This document shows positions 1 to 11,229 of a DNA stretch of 64,000 nt, piece after piece. The DNA comes from Chthoniobacteraceae bacterium. Its GTDB lineage: Bacteria; Verrucomicrobiota; Verrucomicrobiia; Chthoniobacterales; Chthoniobacteraceae. Made by a program: the position numbers and the translations under genes. How positions within the stretch are numbered: the first letter of the stretch is position 1; every line of letters begins with the position of its first letter. The DNA is taken from assembly GCA_031411395.1 (NCBI GenBank), contig JANOAZ010000201.1, positions 15,096-79,095 on the forward strand, read 5' to 3'. The notes beneath the pieces are model-generated. The model saw nothing but the letters and a program-made list of their open reading frames with translations, was not told the origin of the DNA and made no database searches.

Positions 1-833
1 CGCGCCTCGTCGGGCGTGGCGTCGCGGTTGATGAAGAGGTCGCCATTCCGCGCGTTGATGCTCGACGGCGGAAACCCCGGCGGCGCGGCAGGGCGCGCGG
101 CGAAGTCGGGCGGGAGAGCGATCTTCGCCCGATCGTAGAGGTTGAAGAATTTCTTCGGTGCGGTCGGCGGGCTGTGCGGCTTGACGAAGCCGACGGCGAT
201 GAAAAACGGCCCGTCCTTGTGCTTCTCCAGCAGCTCGATGCCGCGGAGCGCGGTGGTGTAGTCCACGGCATCCTCGCCGTCGCCGTCGAGCACCACGATG
301 CGATCGGACTGCGCCGGGTCCTGCCCCTGCCGCTTCTTTCCCGCAGCCGCCGCCGGCGGCTTCCACGTGCTCGGCGCGGGCTTGATGCCGCGCCCCGCGG
401 GCGGCCGCGCCTCGGCGATTTCGCTCCATGATTTCGGATCCTCGAGGCTGCCGTGGAAGATCTTCCCGGTGCGCGCCGTCACGTAGCCGTTTTTCTTGAA
501 GTGCTCCGGCAGCGTCACCCACTCGGGATGGTCGGTGCGGAAATGCACGGTGTTATCCAGCACCCCGCTGGTTGTCGGATACCGGCCGGTGAGCATGGAA
601 GTGCGCGAGGGATTGCAGAGCGGGAACTGGCAATACGCGCGTTCGAAGCGGACCGCGGTCGCGGCAAACTTGTCCACGTTCGGCGTGATCATGCCGGGCG
701 TGCCGTAGCACCCGAGCTCCACCCGCCAGTCATCGGTGGCGATGAAGAGGACGTTATACTTGGGCTTCTCCGCGGCGTGGAGCAGGGGAAGCGATGGCGC
801 GAGCAGCGCGAGGGCGAGGCAGAGGAGTTTCAT
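1..833 (-). CDS. Secreted sulfatase (iduronate/choline-sulfatase-like), runs off the window start
   Basis: Manual translation from the ATG at 833: MKLLCLALALLAPSLPLLHAAEKPKYNVLFIATDDWR...AYCQFPLCNPSRTSMLTGRYP. Signal peptide plus the CxPxR sulfatase motif. Absent from the ORF track because no stop lies in the window. Confidence 0.9.
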   Translation of the reverse strand, partial: MKLLCLALALLAPSLPLLHAAEKPKYNVLFIATDDWRVELGCYGTPGMITPNVDKFAATAVRFERAYCQFPLCNPSRTSMLTGRYPTTSGVLDNTVHFRTDHPEWVTLPEHFKKNGYVTARTGKIFHGSLEDPKSWSEIAEARPPAGRGIKPAPSTWKPPAAAAGKKRQGQDPAQSDRIVVLDGDGEDAVDYTTALRGIELLEKHKDGPFFIAVGFVKPHSPPTAPKKFFNLYDRAKIALPPDFAARPAAPPGFPPSSINARNGDLFINRDATPDEA

Positions 834-898
834 GGGCGATGGGTCCCATAGATCACCGGCCCCGGCCCAAAGTTTCGCGGCGTTCGCCGCGCGACCGA

Positions 899-2196
899 TT
901 ACGCCTTCAGCTTCTTTCGCTTCTTGCCCGCTTTCCCGCCACCCGCGCCGTCGGTTTTGCCGCCGGCGGGGTTGAGTTCTGCGAGCACCGCGGTCAGCCG
1001 GGCGCGCGCGGCCTTGCTCACCTCCGTGTCGGCGTCGGGCGCGACCGCCTTCTCCACGAAGGGCGCATCGCTCATGTCGAAAAGCTCGCCCGCCTCGTTC
1101 ATCTTCCACCCCTGCTCGCGCACGTACCACTTCGCCCCGAGCTGCACGTAGGCCCACTCGCGCGGCTTGCCCTTCTCGCCGCGGAGTTGCGGCGCGAGGC
1201 TGCGCCCGTCGATCTTCACGCTTTCCGGCAGCTTCGCGCCGCCGAGCTCCGCGAAGGTCGGCAATTGGTCCGCGAAGCTCACCATGTCCTTGCTCACCTT
1301 GCCCGCCGGCGTCACCCCGGGCCAGCTCGCGATGTAGGGCACGCGCGATCCGCCTTCGAGCATCGACGCTTTTTTCCCATTGATCATGCGCCCCCCGATC
1401 GTGCTCGGGTTATTGAGCGCCGTGCCGTTATCGCCGGAGAAAATGATCAGCGTTTTCTCCCTCAGGCCGAGCTTCTCCAGCGCCGCGACCACTTCGCCAA
1501 CCTGCTTGTCCATGTAGGCGATGTTGTCTTTGTAGAGATCACTGCCGGGCTTCGTATCCGGCGTGCGCAGGATGGGGCCATGCACCAGATGCATCGCGTA
1601 GTAGAGATAAAAGGGTTGGTCCTTGTGCCGCGTGATGAAGTCGAGGCTGAACGCCTGGATGATTAGTCCGGATTATACGAGCCAGGGGCGCTGATCTGCT
1701 CGCCGTTTTTCTCGTAGCTGTCCTTCCAAAACCACCCGCCTGCGGTCGGGTCGGTGCAGTATTCGTCGAAGCCCCAGTCGCGCGGGGTCTCACCCACCTG
1801 CCGCCATTTGCCCGATTGCCCCGTCACATACCCGGCCTGCTTCAGCACCTTCGCGCTCGACCACTCGTCCGCCGACTTCGCCCCCGGCCCGCCCCCGCGC
1901 CACGAGCCATTGGTGATCCCGCCGGTGCGGAAAGCATAACGTCCCGTCAGGAACAGACTGCGCGACGGCCCGCACAGCGGCGCGGCGTAACACGTCTCGA
2001 AGCGCGTACCCGACGCCGCGAGCTTGTCGATCTGCGGCGTCTGGTGTTTGTCCGAGCCGTAGCAGCTCACCCCATCGATTCCGAGATCGTCGGCGAGGAT
2101 GAAGATGATGTTCGGCTTGGTGGGCCCTGCGGCGCGAGCCGGGCTGGAGGCAAGGCAGAGGGCAGCGAGGAGCAGGGGAAGGGGAGACGTTTTCAC
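899..2196 (-). pseudogene. Arylsulfatase-family gene split by a 1-nt frameshift near 1664 (pseudogene or sequencing error)
   Basis: The N-part (GTG 2196; signal peptide, PNIIFILADDLG, CGPSR) stops at TAA 1663-1665. The C-part continues in another frame as IIQAFSLDFITRHKDQPFYLYYAMHLVH...FSGDNG... to 899. Confidence 0.85.
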
Positions 2197-2323
2197 TCCA
2201 ATAGAACCGCGCTCGACGACGGAATTTGGACATTTGTCTCGGTCCGCCCGACGCGTCGCAGGGGATCCGCCCGCCAGCGCCGGACTTGTGGGCGGGGAAC
2301 TTTGACGTTTAATAGCGGCCCTC

Positions 2324-3692
2324 ATGATCCCGCTCGTTTCTGACCTCCGGGCCCTGCTCGCGCCCGAGCGGGTCCTCGATGAGCCGGAAGATTTGCTGCC
2401 CTACGGATTCGACGGCACCGCGGCGTTGAACTCGCCCGCGACGTGCGTCGTATTTCCGGAAACGACCGAGGAAGTCGCGAGCCTGGTGCGTTACGCCGCG
2501 GAGCAGCGCGTGCCGATCGTCTCGCGTGGCTCAGGCACGGGACTGAGCGGCGGCAGCATCCCGGTGCCGGGCGGCATCGTGCTGTGCCTCGTGCGCATGG
2601 AGCGGATCATCGAAGTGGACGAGCGCAATCTCACGCTCATGGCCGAGGCCGGCGCGATCACGCAAAAGATCGCCGAGGCCGCGGACGCCGTCGGCCTGCT
2701 GTATCCGCCCGATCCGGGCTCGATGAAGATTTCCACGATCGGCGGCAACGTCGCCGAAAACTCCGGCGGCCTGCGCGGACTAAAGTATGGCGTCACGCGC
2801 GATTACGTCATGGGACTCGAGGTCGTGCTCGCCAATGGCGACATCGTCTGGCTGGGCAACAAGTGCGTGAAAGACGTGGCTGGCTATTCGATGAAGGACG
2901 TTTTCATCGGCTCCGAAGGCACGCTGGGGATCATCACGAAAGTGCTCCTCAAGCTCGTGCCGAAGCCCGCGACGAAGCGCACGATGCTCGCGACGTATCC
3001 CACGATGGGCGCCGCGGCCGACACCGTGTCGGCGATCATCGCCGCAAAGATCATCCCGTGTACGCTCGAGTTCCTCGACCAGATGACCATTCACTGTGTC
3101 GAAGATTTTGCGCACGTCGGCCTGCCCCGCGATGCCGCGGCGATCCTGCTCATGGAGACGGATGGCCATCCCGCGGTGGTGGCCGATGAAGCGGCGATGA
3201 TGGAAGAAATCGCCCGCCGCTGCGGCGCGCTCACCGTGACTTCGGCGACGACGAGCGAGGAAGCCGCCCGCCTCGCGACCGCACGGCGCGCCGCGTTCTC
3301 CGCGCTCGCGCGAGTGTCGCCGACGACGATTCTGGAGGATGCCACAGTCCCGCGCAGCGAGCTCACGAAGATGATCAACTTCATCCAGGAAGTGGCCGCC
3401 CGGCACCGGCTGCGTGTCGGCACCTTCGGCCACATGGGCGATGGCAATCTGCATCCCACCTTCCTCACCGACGAACGCAATGCCGATGAAATGCACCGCG
3501 TCGAAATCGCGATGCGCGAGATCTTCGACTACGCGATCGAACTCGGCGGCACGATCACCGGTGAACACGGCGTCGGCCTCGCGAAGAAAAGCTTCCTGCC
3601 TCGCGCGATCGGCGGCGCCAGTCTCGAACTCATGAAGCAGCTCAAGCGGACGCTGGATCCGCACGGCATCCTCAATCCCGGCAAGATCTTCG

Positions 3693-3700
<8 letters not shown>
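2324..3700 (+). CDS. glcD: FAD-linked glycolate/D-lactate oxidase subunit GlcD
   Basis: RGSGTGLSGG, YPPDPGS, STIGGNVAENSGG, GSEGTLG, GHMGDGNLH, GEHGVG, LNPGK motifs; overlaps glcF. Confidence 0.9.
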
Positions 3701-4999
<1,299 letters not shown>

Positions 5000-5003
<4 letters not shown>

Positions 5004-6382
5004 GTGACGATCTTTTTGGGCACACCGCCCCGGTCTCCGAGGAGCCGCGTGTTTTTTCTGTAACGGAGATCACGCGGGCTGTGCGCAGCGCGCTGGAGGA
5101 GCAGGTGGGCGTGGTGTGGGTGGAAGGCGAAATCAGCAACTACCGGAAGCAGGCGAGTGGGCATCAGTATTTCACGCTCAAGGATGCGGGCAGCCAGCTC
5201 GCGTGTGTGCTCTTCGCGGCGCGCGGGGGCGGGGCCTGGCGCAAGCAGGTGCCGCTCGGGGATGGAATGCAGGTGCAGGTGCGCGGGGCGCTGACGGTGT
5301 ACGAGGCGCGCGGGCAGTATCAGCTCAATGTGCAAGTCGTGCAGGCGGGAGGGGCGGGGATTCTTCAGGCGAAGTTTGAAGCGCTCAAACGCAAGCTGGA
5401 GGCGGAGGGGCTCTTCGATCCTGCGCGGAAGCGTCCCATCCCAAAATATCCCACGGCCATCGCGCTGGTGACTTCGCCGACGGGTGCGGCGCTGCGCGAC
5501 ATGCTGAACATCCTCGGACGTCGCGCGCCGTGGGTGCGGGTGGTGATCCGGCCGGTGCGGGTGCAAGGGGCCGGAGCGGCGGCGGAGATTGCGGCGGCGA
5601 TTGATGAGGTGAATCGATTTGAAGAGCTCGGCGTGGCGCCGGTGGATGTGGTGGTCGTGACGCGCGGTGGAGGGAGCGCGGAGGATCTTTGGGAGTTCAA
5701 TGAGGAGATCGTGGCGCGGGCCATCGCGGCTTCCGACCTGCCGGTGGTTTCGGCGGTGGGGCACGAGATTGATTTCACGATCGCGGACTTCGCCGCGGAT
5801 CTTCGGGCACCAACGCCGAGCGCGGCGGCGGAACTGCTGGTGCCGGATGGGGCCGAGCTCGCGCGACGCATGGGTGAGATCGCGGTGCAGCTTCGCCGTC
5901 TCGCGCAACGAGCCGTGGAGCAGCTCCGTGCGCGGCTGGCGTGGCTCGCGCGCGACGAGTTGTTTCGACAGCCAGAGCTCCGCCTCCGCGAGGCGGCCCA
6001 GCGGCTGGATCTCGCCACCGAGGCGCTCGGACGCACGCCGCAGGATCGGCTCAGGGACGCGGAGAGACGGCTTGCGGAAACGGCGGCGCGCCTGCGCCAC
6101 CACCGTCCGGATCAGGCGCTGGCGCTCTTTCGGCAACAGCTGGGAGCCTTGCAACAGCGACTTTCCGATCGTTGCACGCAGCAGGTCGCCGAACGCACGC
6201 AACGCTTTGCGAAGGTGCGGGAGGTCCTCCGCGTGCTCGGTCCCGACGCCACCCTTTCCCGGGGTTACAGCATGACCACGACGCCGCTCGGGGAATTGAT
6301 CATCTCGGTGGCGCAGGTACGGCCGGGGACGAAACTGATCACCCGGGTGCGCGACGGAGAGATCAAATCCGAGGCGGAGTAA
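5000..6382 (+). CDS. xseA: Exodeoxyribonuclease VII large subunit
   Basis: VWVEGEISN, SGHQYFTLKD, VTSPTGAALRD, RGGGSAEDLWEFNEE, SAVGHEIDFTIADFAAD. GTG start at 5000 overlaps the glcF stop (GTGA). Confidence 0.93.
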
Positions 6383-6414
6383 CGGTTCGGATTTCGCGCG
6401 CCGTCCAGAAAGCA

Positions 6415-6444
6415 CAACGCCGATCCCGCGAAGGATCGGCGTTG
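6415..6444. terminator. Hairpin between convergent genes, probable terminator
   Basis: CAACGCCGATCC-cgcgaa-GGATCGGCGTTG, a 12-bp perfect stem. Confidence 0.6.
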
Positions 6445-6469
6445 GCAAAAACAAACTGTCGGGCCGGGA

Positions 6470-7174
6470 TCAGTTCCCGCCGCCGACCGTCGGATTGAGC
6501 ACCTTCACATCCGCTCCCGTCAGCCACGGAGGAGTCGAGCCGGGGTCGGGCATGAACGCATCCTGTTTCGGATTATCGTCGCGCTTCACGGTGTAGGTAT
6601 TGCCCTGCTTGTAGCAGGTTTCCACCGCGCCGCTGATGTCCACGCGGATGACGACGGCCTTCTTTCCCTTCCACACCCCACCGGGCAGCGTCTCATCGGC
6701 GACGTAGCTGGTGCCGCCTTCCGCAAATCCATCCGCGAGCAGCGGGAAACGGGAATTGGAAGTGTCTGACAGGCCGATCACGTAAGCCCACTCACACTCT
6801 CCCGATCCGAGTTTGGTCGCGGTTCCGGAGCCACCTTTCCCGACGTTCTTGCAATACGCCGACTTTGGAATCGCGAACACGCCCTTGTCGGGGATGTAGT
6901 CGGGAATGAGAACCTGAAGCGCCGAATTGGCGTCGGTCGGGGTGCCGCTCTTCGTCGAAGGATCGACCCAGAGAGGGAAGTTGCCGTCGTAATCCTGGGC
7001 AAAGAGTTTGCAGGCGAGGCCGACTTGCTTGGCATTGGAGAGCGCCTTGGTCTGTGCGCCGCGGACCTGCACTTCGCCAAAGACGGGCAGGGCGATGCCG
7101 GCAAGGATCGCGATAATGGAAATCACGACGAGCAGTTCGATGAGGGTGAAGGCGTTTTGCTTGGAGGATGTCAT
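6470..7174 (-). CDS. Prepilin-type N-terminal cleavage/methylation domain protein (PVC-type pseudopilin-like)
   Basis: MTSSKQNAFTLIELLVVISIIAILAGIALP...SNAKQVGLACKLFAQDYDGNFP; start trimmed to the ATG at 7174. Confidence 0.88.
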   Translation of the reverse strand: MTSSKQNAFTLIELLVVISIIAILAGIALPVFGEVQVRGAQTKALSNAKQVGLACKLFAQDYDGNFPLWVDPSTKSGTPTDANSALQVLIPDYIPDKGVFAIPKSAYCKNVGKGGSGTATKLGSGECEWAYVIGLSDTSNSRFPLLADGFAEGGTSYVADETLPGGVWKGKKAVVIRVDISGAVETCYKQGNTYTVKRDDNPKQDAFMPDPGSTPPWLTGADVKVLNPTVGGGN

Positions 7175-7233
7175 GGCGGTTAGTGGTGGATGGCGAAAGA
7201 TACGGGAGAAGATTTGGGCGGCAATGAAGAAAA

Positions 7234-7509
7234 GTTGAGAGTTGAGGGTTGGTGAGAAGTCCGCGGTGCATCGAGCCTCGTTCCCAAACTCCGTTTGGGA
7301 ACGCGTTTTCGGGCGAAACTGTGTTTCGCGTGGAGGGGGTGTCCGCGGGCGTGTTCCGGTGGCGGGACGCTGGCTGCGGACAGGCGCGCACACCGGGCAA
7401 CGAAGTTGCGCAGACAATTGCGTTCCCAAACAGAGTTTGGGAACGAGGGATGGAGTGTGGCGAGGATGAACTGCCGGGTTTGCGCGCCTCTCAACCCTCA
7501 ACTCTCAAC
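7234..7509. repeat. Heptamer-repeat inverted element (18-bp perfect IR) enclosing a REP doublet
   Basis: GTTGAGAGTTGAGGGTTG at 7234-7251 pairs with CAACCCTCAACTCTCAAC at 7492-7509. Confidence 0.8.
7276..7448. repeat. Inverted pair of palindromic REP-like units (REPIN/MITE-like)
   Basis: CCTCGTTCCCAAACTCCGTTTGGGAACGC at 7276-7304 and its reverse complement with 1 mismatch at 7420-7448. Each unit is itself a hairpin. Confidence 0.85.
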
Positions 7510-9714
7510 ATGCCTTTTGAAGCCGATCATGGAGAGCGGCGGCAGGCGCAGGAGAATCGAATGCGATTTCCCCTGCCACGCCGTAGCCTCCGCGAACTGG
7601 CCGCCGTAGTTGCCGACGTTGCCGCCTCCGTAGGTCTGTGCGTCGGTGTTGAGCACCTCTTCATACCAGCCCTCGCCGCTCACGCCGATTCGGTAGGCTT
7701 CCCGCACGACGGGCGTGGCATTGACCACGAAGACGAGCACCTCGCCTGTGCGCGACTTGCGCATGAACGCGATCACGGAATTGTCGGAGTCGTGGAAGTC
7801 GATCCACTCGAAGCCCGCGTAAGTGTCGTCCTGATCGTAGAGCGCGGGTTCGTTTTTGTAGAGCCAGTTGAGGTGAACGACGAGGCGCTTGAGGCCGTCG
7901 TGCTCGGGGTAGTTGCACAGATGCCAGTCGAGGCTGGTGTCGTGATTCCACTCGCGCCACTGGCCGAATTCCTGGCCCATGAAAAGCAGCTTTTTCCCCG
8001 GGTGCGCATACATCCATGCGTAGAACATCCGGAGATTGGCGAACTTCTGCCAGAGGTCGCCGGGCATCTTGGAAAGGAGCGCGCCTTTTCCATGCACCAC
8101 CTCGTCGTGGCTGAGCACGAGGACGAAGTGCTCGTGGAAGGCGTAGATGAGCGAGAAGGTGATGTCTCCCTGGTGGTAGCGACGGTGGACCGGCTCCTTC
8201 TGCATGTAGCTGAGGAAGTCGTGCATCCAGCCCATGTTCCATTTGAAGCCGAAGCCGAGGCCGCCGAGGTAGGTCGGCCGGGAGACGGCGGGCCACGCGG
8301 TGGATTCCTCGGCGATGGTCATGATGCCGGGATGGCGCTCGTAGCAGACTTCGTTGAAACGCTTGAGGAAATAGATCGCCTCGAGGTTTTCCCGGCCGCC
8401 GTATTCGTTCGGGATCCACTCGCCGTGCTTGCGCGAGTAGTCCAGGTAGAGCATCGAGGCGACGGCATCCACGCGCAGTCCGTCGATGTGATATTCGGCG
8501 AACCAGAAGAGCGCGTTGGCGATGAGGAAATTGCGGACCTCATTGCGGCCGTAGTTGAAGATGAGCGTGCCCCACTCGCGGTGCTCGCCCTTGCGAGGAT
8601 CGGCGTGCTCGTAGAGGTCGGTGCCGTCGAACTCCGCGAGGCCGTGCTCGTCTTTCGGGAAATGTCCGGGCACCCAGTCGAGGATGATGCCGATGCCTTT
8701 CTGGTGCGCGGTGTCCACGAAGTAACGGAACTCGTCAGGGTTTCCGAAGCGGCTGGTCGGCGCGAAATATCCGGCGACCTGATAACCCCACGAACCATCG
8801 AACGGATGCTCTGCCACCGGCAGCAACTCGATGTGCGTGTAGCCCATGAAGACCACGTAATCGAGCAACTCATCCGCCAGCTCGCGGTAGCTCAGGTAGC
8901 GGTCCCCGTCGTCCGGCTTGCGCCGCCAGGAGCCGAGATGCACCTCGTAGATGCTCACCGGTTCGCGATGCCACTCGCGGGTCTTGCGCGTCTCCATCCA
9001 CGCGTCGTCCGCCCATTTGTAGCGGTCGAGATCGAAGACCAGCGACGCCGTCTGCTCGCTGTGCTGGCCGTAGAAAGCGAACGGGTCGCTCTTCAGCACG
9101 ATGCCGCCGTGCGACTGCTTGACCTCGAACTTGTAATGCGCACCCTCGCCGATTCCCGGCAGGAAGATTTCCCACACGCCGCAGCCGAGCAGCTTGCGCA
9201 TCGGCGCGCGCCGGCCATCCCAGTTGTTGAAATCGCCGACCACGGACACGCGCTGCGCATTCGGCGCCCAGACATGGAAGGCCGTGCCCTTCACTCCGTC
9301 GATCGTCATCAGATGGGCGCCGAGTTTCTCGTAGAGTTCCCAGTGCTGGCCTTCGGCGAAGAGGTGAAGATCGAGCGGCCCGAGAATGATCCCGAAGGAA
9401 TACGGATCGCTCTCCGTCCATTCGTGCCCGTCGTGGCTGGTCAGCCGCAGCACATATTGAAATCGCTCCTGTGCGCCTTCGATCACCGCTTCAAAAAATC
9501 CGTCGGGATGCACCTTGAGCGCCGAATAGACGGCGCCGGCTTCATTCGCATCCTGGATCACCACGGCGCGGGCGTCGGGCCGGAAGACACGGACGACCAG
9601 ATTTTCCCCCGCCTGATGCATGCCGAGGATCGCGAAGGGATCGCCATGGCTGGCTCCTGCGATGGCATCGATGGCGGCGGCGTCGAGGGTGGGTACTGAG
9701 ACGGAGAGGTTCAT
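7498..9714 (-). CDS. glgB: 1,4-alpha-glucan branching enzyme
   Basis: [72 protein letters not shown]; ATG at 9714. Confidence 0.96.
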   Translation of the reverse strand: MNLSVSVPTLDAAAIDAIAGASHGDPFAILGMHQAGENLVVRVFRPDARAVVIQDANEAGAVYSALKVHPDGFFEAVIEGAQERFQYVLRLTSHDGHEWTESDPYSFGIILGPLDLHLFAEGQHWELYEKLGAHLMTIDGVKGTAFHVWAPNAQRVSVVGDFNNWDGRRAPMRKLLGCGVWEIFLPGIGEGAHYKFEVKQSHGGIVLKSDPFAFYGQHSEQTASLVFDLDRYKWADDAWMETRKTREWHREPVSIYEVHLGSWRRKPDDGDRYLSYRELADELLDYVVFMGYTHIELLPVAEHPFDGSWGYQVAGYFAPTSRFGNPDEFRYFVDTAHQKGIGIILDWVPGHFPKDEHGLAEFDGTDLYEHADPRKGEHREWGTLIFNYGRNEVRNFLIANALFWFAEYHIDGLRVDAVASMLYLDYSRKHGEWIPNEYGGRENLEAIYFLKRFNEVCYERHPGIMTIAEESTAWPAVSRPTYLGGLGFGFKWNMGWMHDFLSYMQKEPVHRRYHQGDITFSLIYAFHEHFVLVLSHDEVVHGKGALLSKMPGDLWQKFANLRMFYAWMYAHPGKKLLFMGQEFGQWREWNHDTSLDWHLCNYPEHDGLKRLVVHLNWLYKNEPALYDQDDTYAGFEWIDFHDSDNSVIAFMRKSRTGEVLVFVVNATPVVREAYRIGVSGEGWYEEVLNTDAQTYGGGNVGNYGGQFAEATAWQGKSHSILLRLPPLSMIGFKRHVES

Positions 9715-9718
9715 ACCG

Positions 9719-10822
9719 CTACGGAGTTTCGGTTTCGGCGAGGAGAGGGGAAAGGAAATTCCTGTAAATCGCATCCCATGAATAGCTTCGCATCGTCTCC
9801 TTCCTCGCAGTGCAGGCCGGGTCCGTGCTCAATGTCGCCGCGATGAGCGCCGCGATTTCGTCGGGCGTCGCGTCGGGAGAAAAGGTCGAGAGGCCGTGCG
9901 CCAGCAGCGTGTTCAGCGGCTCGATGTCGCTGCAAAAGATGGGCAGCCGATGCAGCGCGGCCTCAATGATCGGGATGCCGAAGCCCTCCTGCAGGCTCGG
10001 AAAAAAGAGCGCGTCGGCGAGGCGGTAGAGCGCATGCAATTCGTGGTCGGAAAGTGGACCAGTTTCGTGGAGAAATAGGGCATCGTTCCAGAGGCCCAGC
10101 CGCTCGCGCAGCTCGCGCAGCCCCGACTCGTACTCACCTGACCCCGAGTGATGAACCTCCGGGGGCGCCGTGACGAGCGACGCACACGAATGTCCCGCCG
10201 CATTGAGCTCAGCCGTCACGTGGAGCGTCAGTTCCACATTCTTCCGGCGCAGCAGACGGGTGGGGTGCAGCAGCACGAAATCGCGCTCCAGTAGCGCGTG
10301 CCGTCGCGCGAGGTCCGCGACCCGCGGCGGCAGATCGAGGAGACGGTTGGGCTCCACTCCATTGGGGACCGTGCGACAGCGGTCGGCCGGCGCGGCGGTC
10401 AATTCCAGGAACTGCCGCCGCCGCAACTCCGACACCGCGACGTACGTGCAGCGCGGGTTCGCCTTCGCCAGCAAATCCCACGGTGCCCTGTCGAGGGGCA
10501 GGGGAGCGTAGTCCGGATTGCACGCGGCGAGATCGTGAATCCAGCAGACGAAGCGAACGTCTCGCAGTTCCTCCGTGAGCCGCCATACCGCGGCGGTCAG
10601 CGCGACGTGAAAATGCATCGTCATCACATTGTGCAGGATCACCACCTCCTGCCGCGCGAAGATCGGGCGCAGATCCTCCACCAGCCCATCGTCGCCCTCG
10701 ATCCCCGCCACGATCTCCACCTCATGGCCCGCGTCGCGGAAGAGCCGCGCATGTTCCGCCATCACCAATTCCACGCCCGCGATCACCGGCAGGTAAGTGT
10801 AATGGACAAGCGCGATCCTCAC
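9719..10822 (-). CDS. Glycosyltransferase family 4 (GT-B)
   Basis: [31 protein letters not shown]; lies 4 bp upstream of glgB, probably co-transcribed. Confidence 0.88.
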   Translation of the reverse strand: MRIALVHYTYLPVIAGVELVMAEHARLFRDAGHEVEIVAGIEGDDGLVEDLRPIFARQEVVILHNVMTMHFHVALTAAVWRLTEELRDVRFVCWIHDLAACNPDYAPLPLDRAPWDLLAKANPRCTYVAVSELRRRQFLELTAAPADRCRTVPNGVEPNRLLDLPPRVADLARRHALLERDFVLLHPTRLLRRKNVELTLHVTAELNAAGHSCASLVTAPPEVHHSGSGEYESGLRELRERLGLWNDALFLHETGPLSDHELHALYRLADALFFPSLQEGFGIPIIEAALHRLPIFCSDIEPLNTLLAHGLSTFSPDATPDEIAALIAATLSTDPACTARKETMRSYSWDAIYRNFLSPLLAETETP

Positions 10823-10861
10823 GCCGCTCCGTGTGGCTCATGCCGTGCTCTTTCAGCAAGG

Positions 10862-11092
10862 ATGAAATACCTCGGACTGCTCGTTGCGCTCGTCATCGTT
10901 TATCTCATCCTCGCGCGGCAATCGCCCATCGAGCAGGTGAAAGAAGCCATCGTCCAGAGCGAAGCCGCGCCGCTCACCCAGGGCGGCCCCGCGCCCGCCC
11001 CGACCGCCGGTTCCACCCTGAAGCGCCCCATCGACCGCACGCACGAGGTGCTGGAGAAAGTGAAAACGCGAAACGGCGACGGCGAGTTTTAG
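10862..11092 (+). CDS. Small membrane-anchored hypothetical protein (76 aa)
   Basis: MKYLGLLVALVIVYLILARQ... hydrophobic N-terminus, typical codon usage. Confidence 0.65.
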   Translation: MKYLGLLVALVIVYLILARQSPIEQVKEAIVQSEAAPLTQGGPAPAPTAGSTLKRPIDRTHEVLEKVKTRNGDGEF

Positions 11093-11111
11093 CCTCGATG
11101 CCGACGGCGAC

Positions 11112-11189
11112 TGGAGGGACACGCTCCGTCGTGTCCGTGGATCAACGTCGTAGCGCGCTTCAAACACGGACACGACGGAGCTGCAAACA
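11112..11189. repeat. REP-like inverted repeat
   Basis: GCTCCGTCGTGTCCGTG at 11123-11139 and CACGGACACGACGGAGC at 11165-11181 form a perfect 17-bp IR, flanked by CTGGAG/CTCCAG. Confidence 0.7.
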
Positions 11190-11229
11190 CGGACTCCAGG
11201 TGATGGGCGGGATGCCCGGCTGATGGGGA

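Noticed and set aside
1663-1665. Stop-codon readthrough or recoding in the sulfatase
   Set aside because: The downstream half is in a different frame, so it needs a frameshift rather than readthrough
7249-9699. 816-aa plus-strand ORF
   Set aside because: Antisense to glgB
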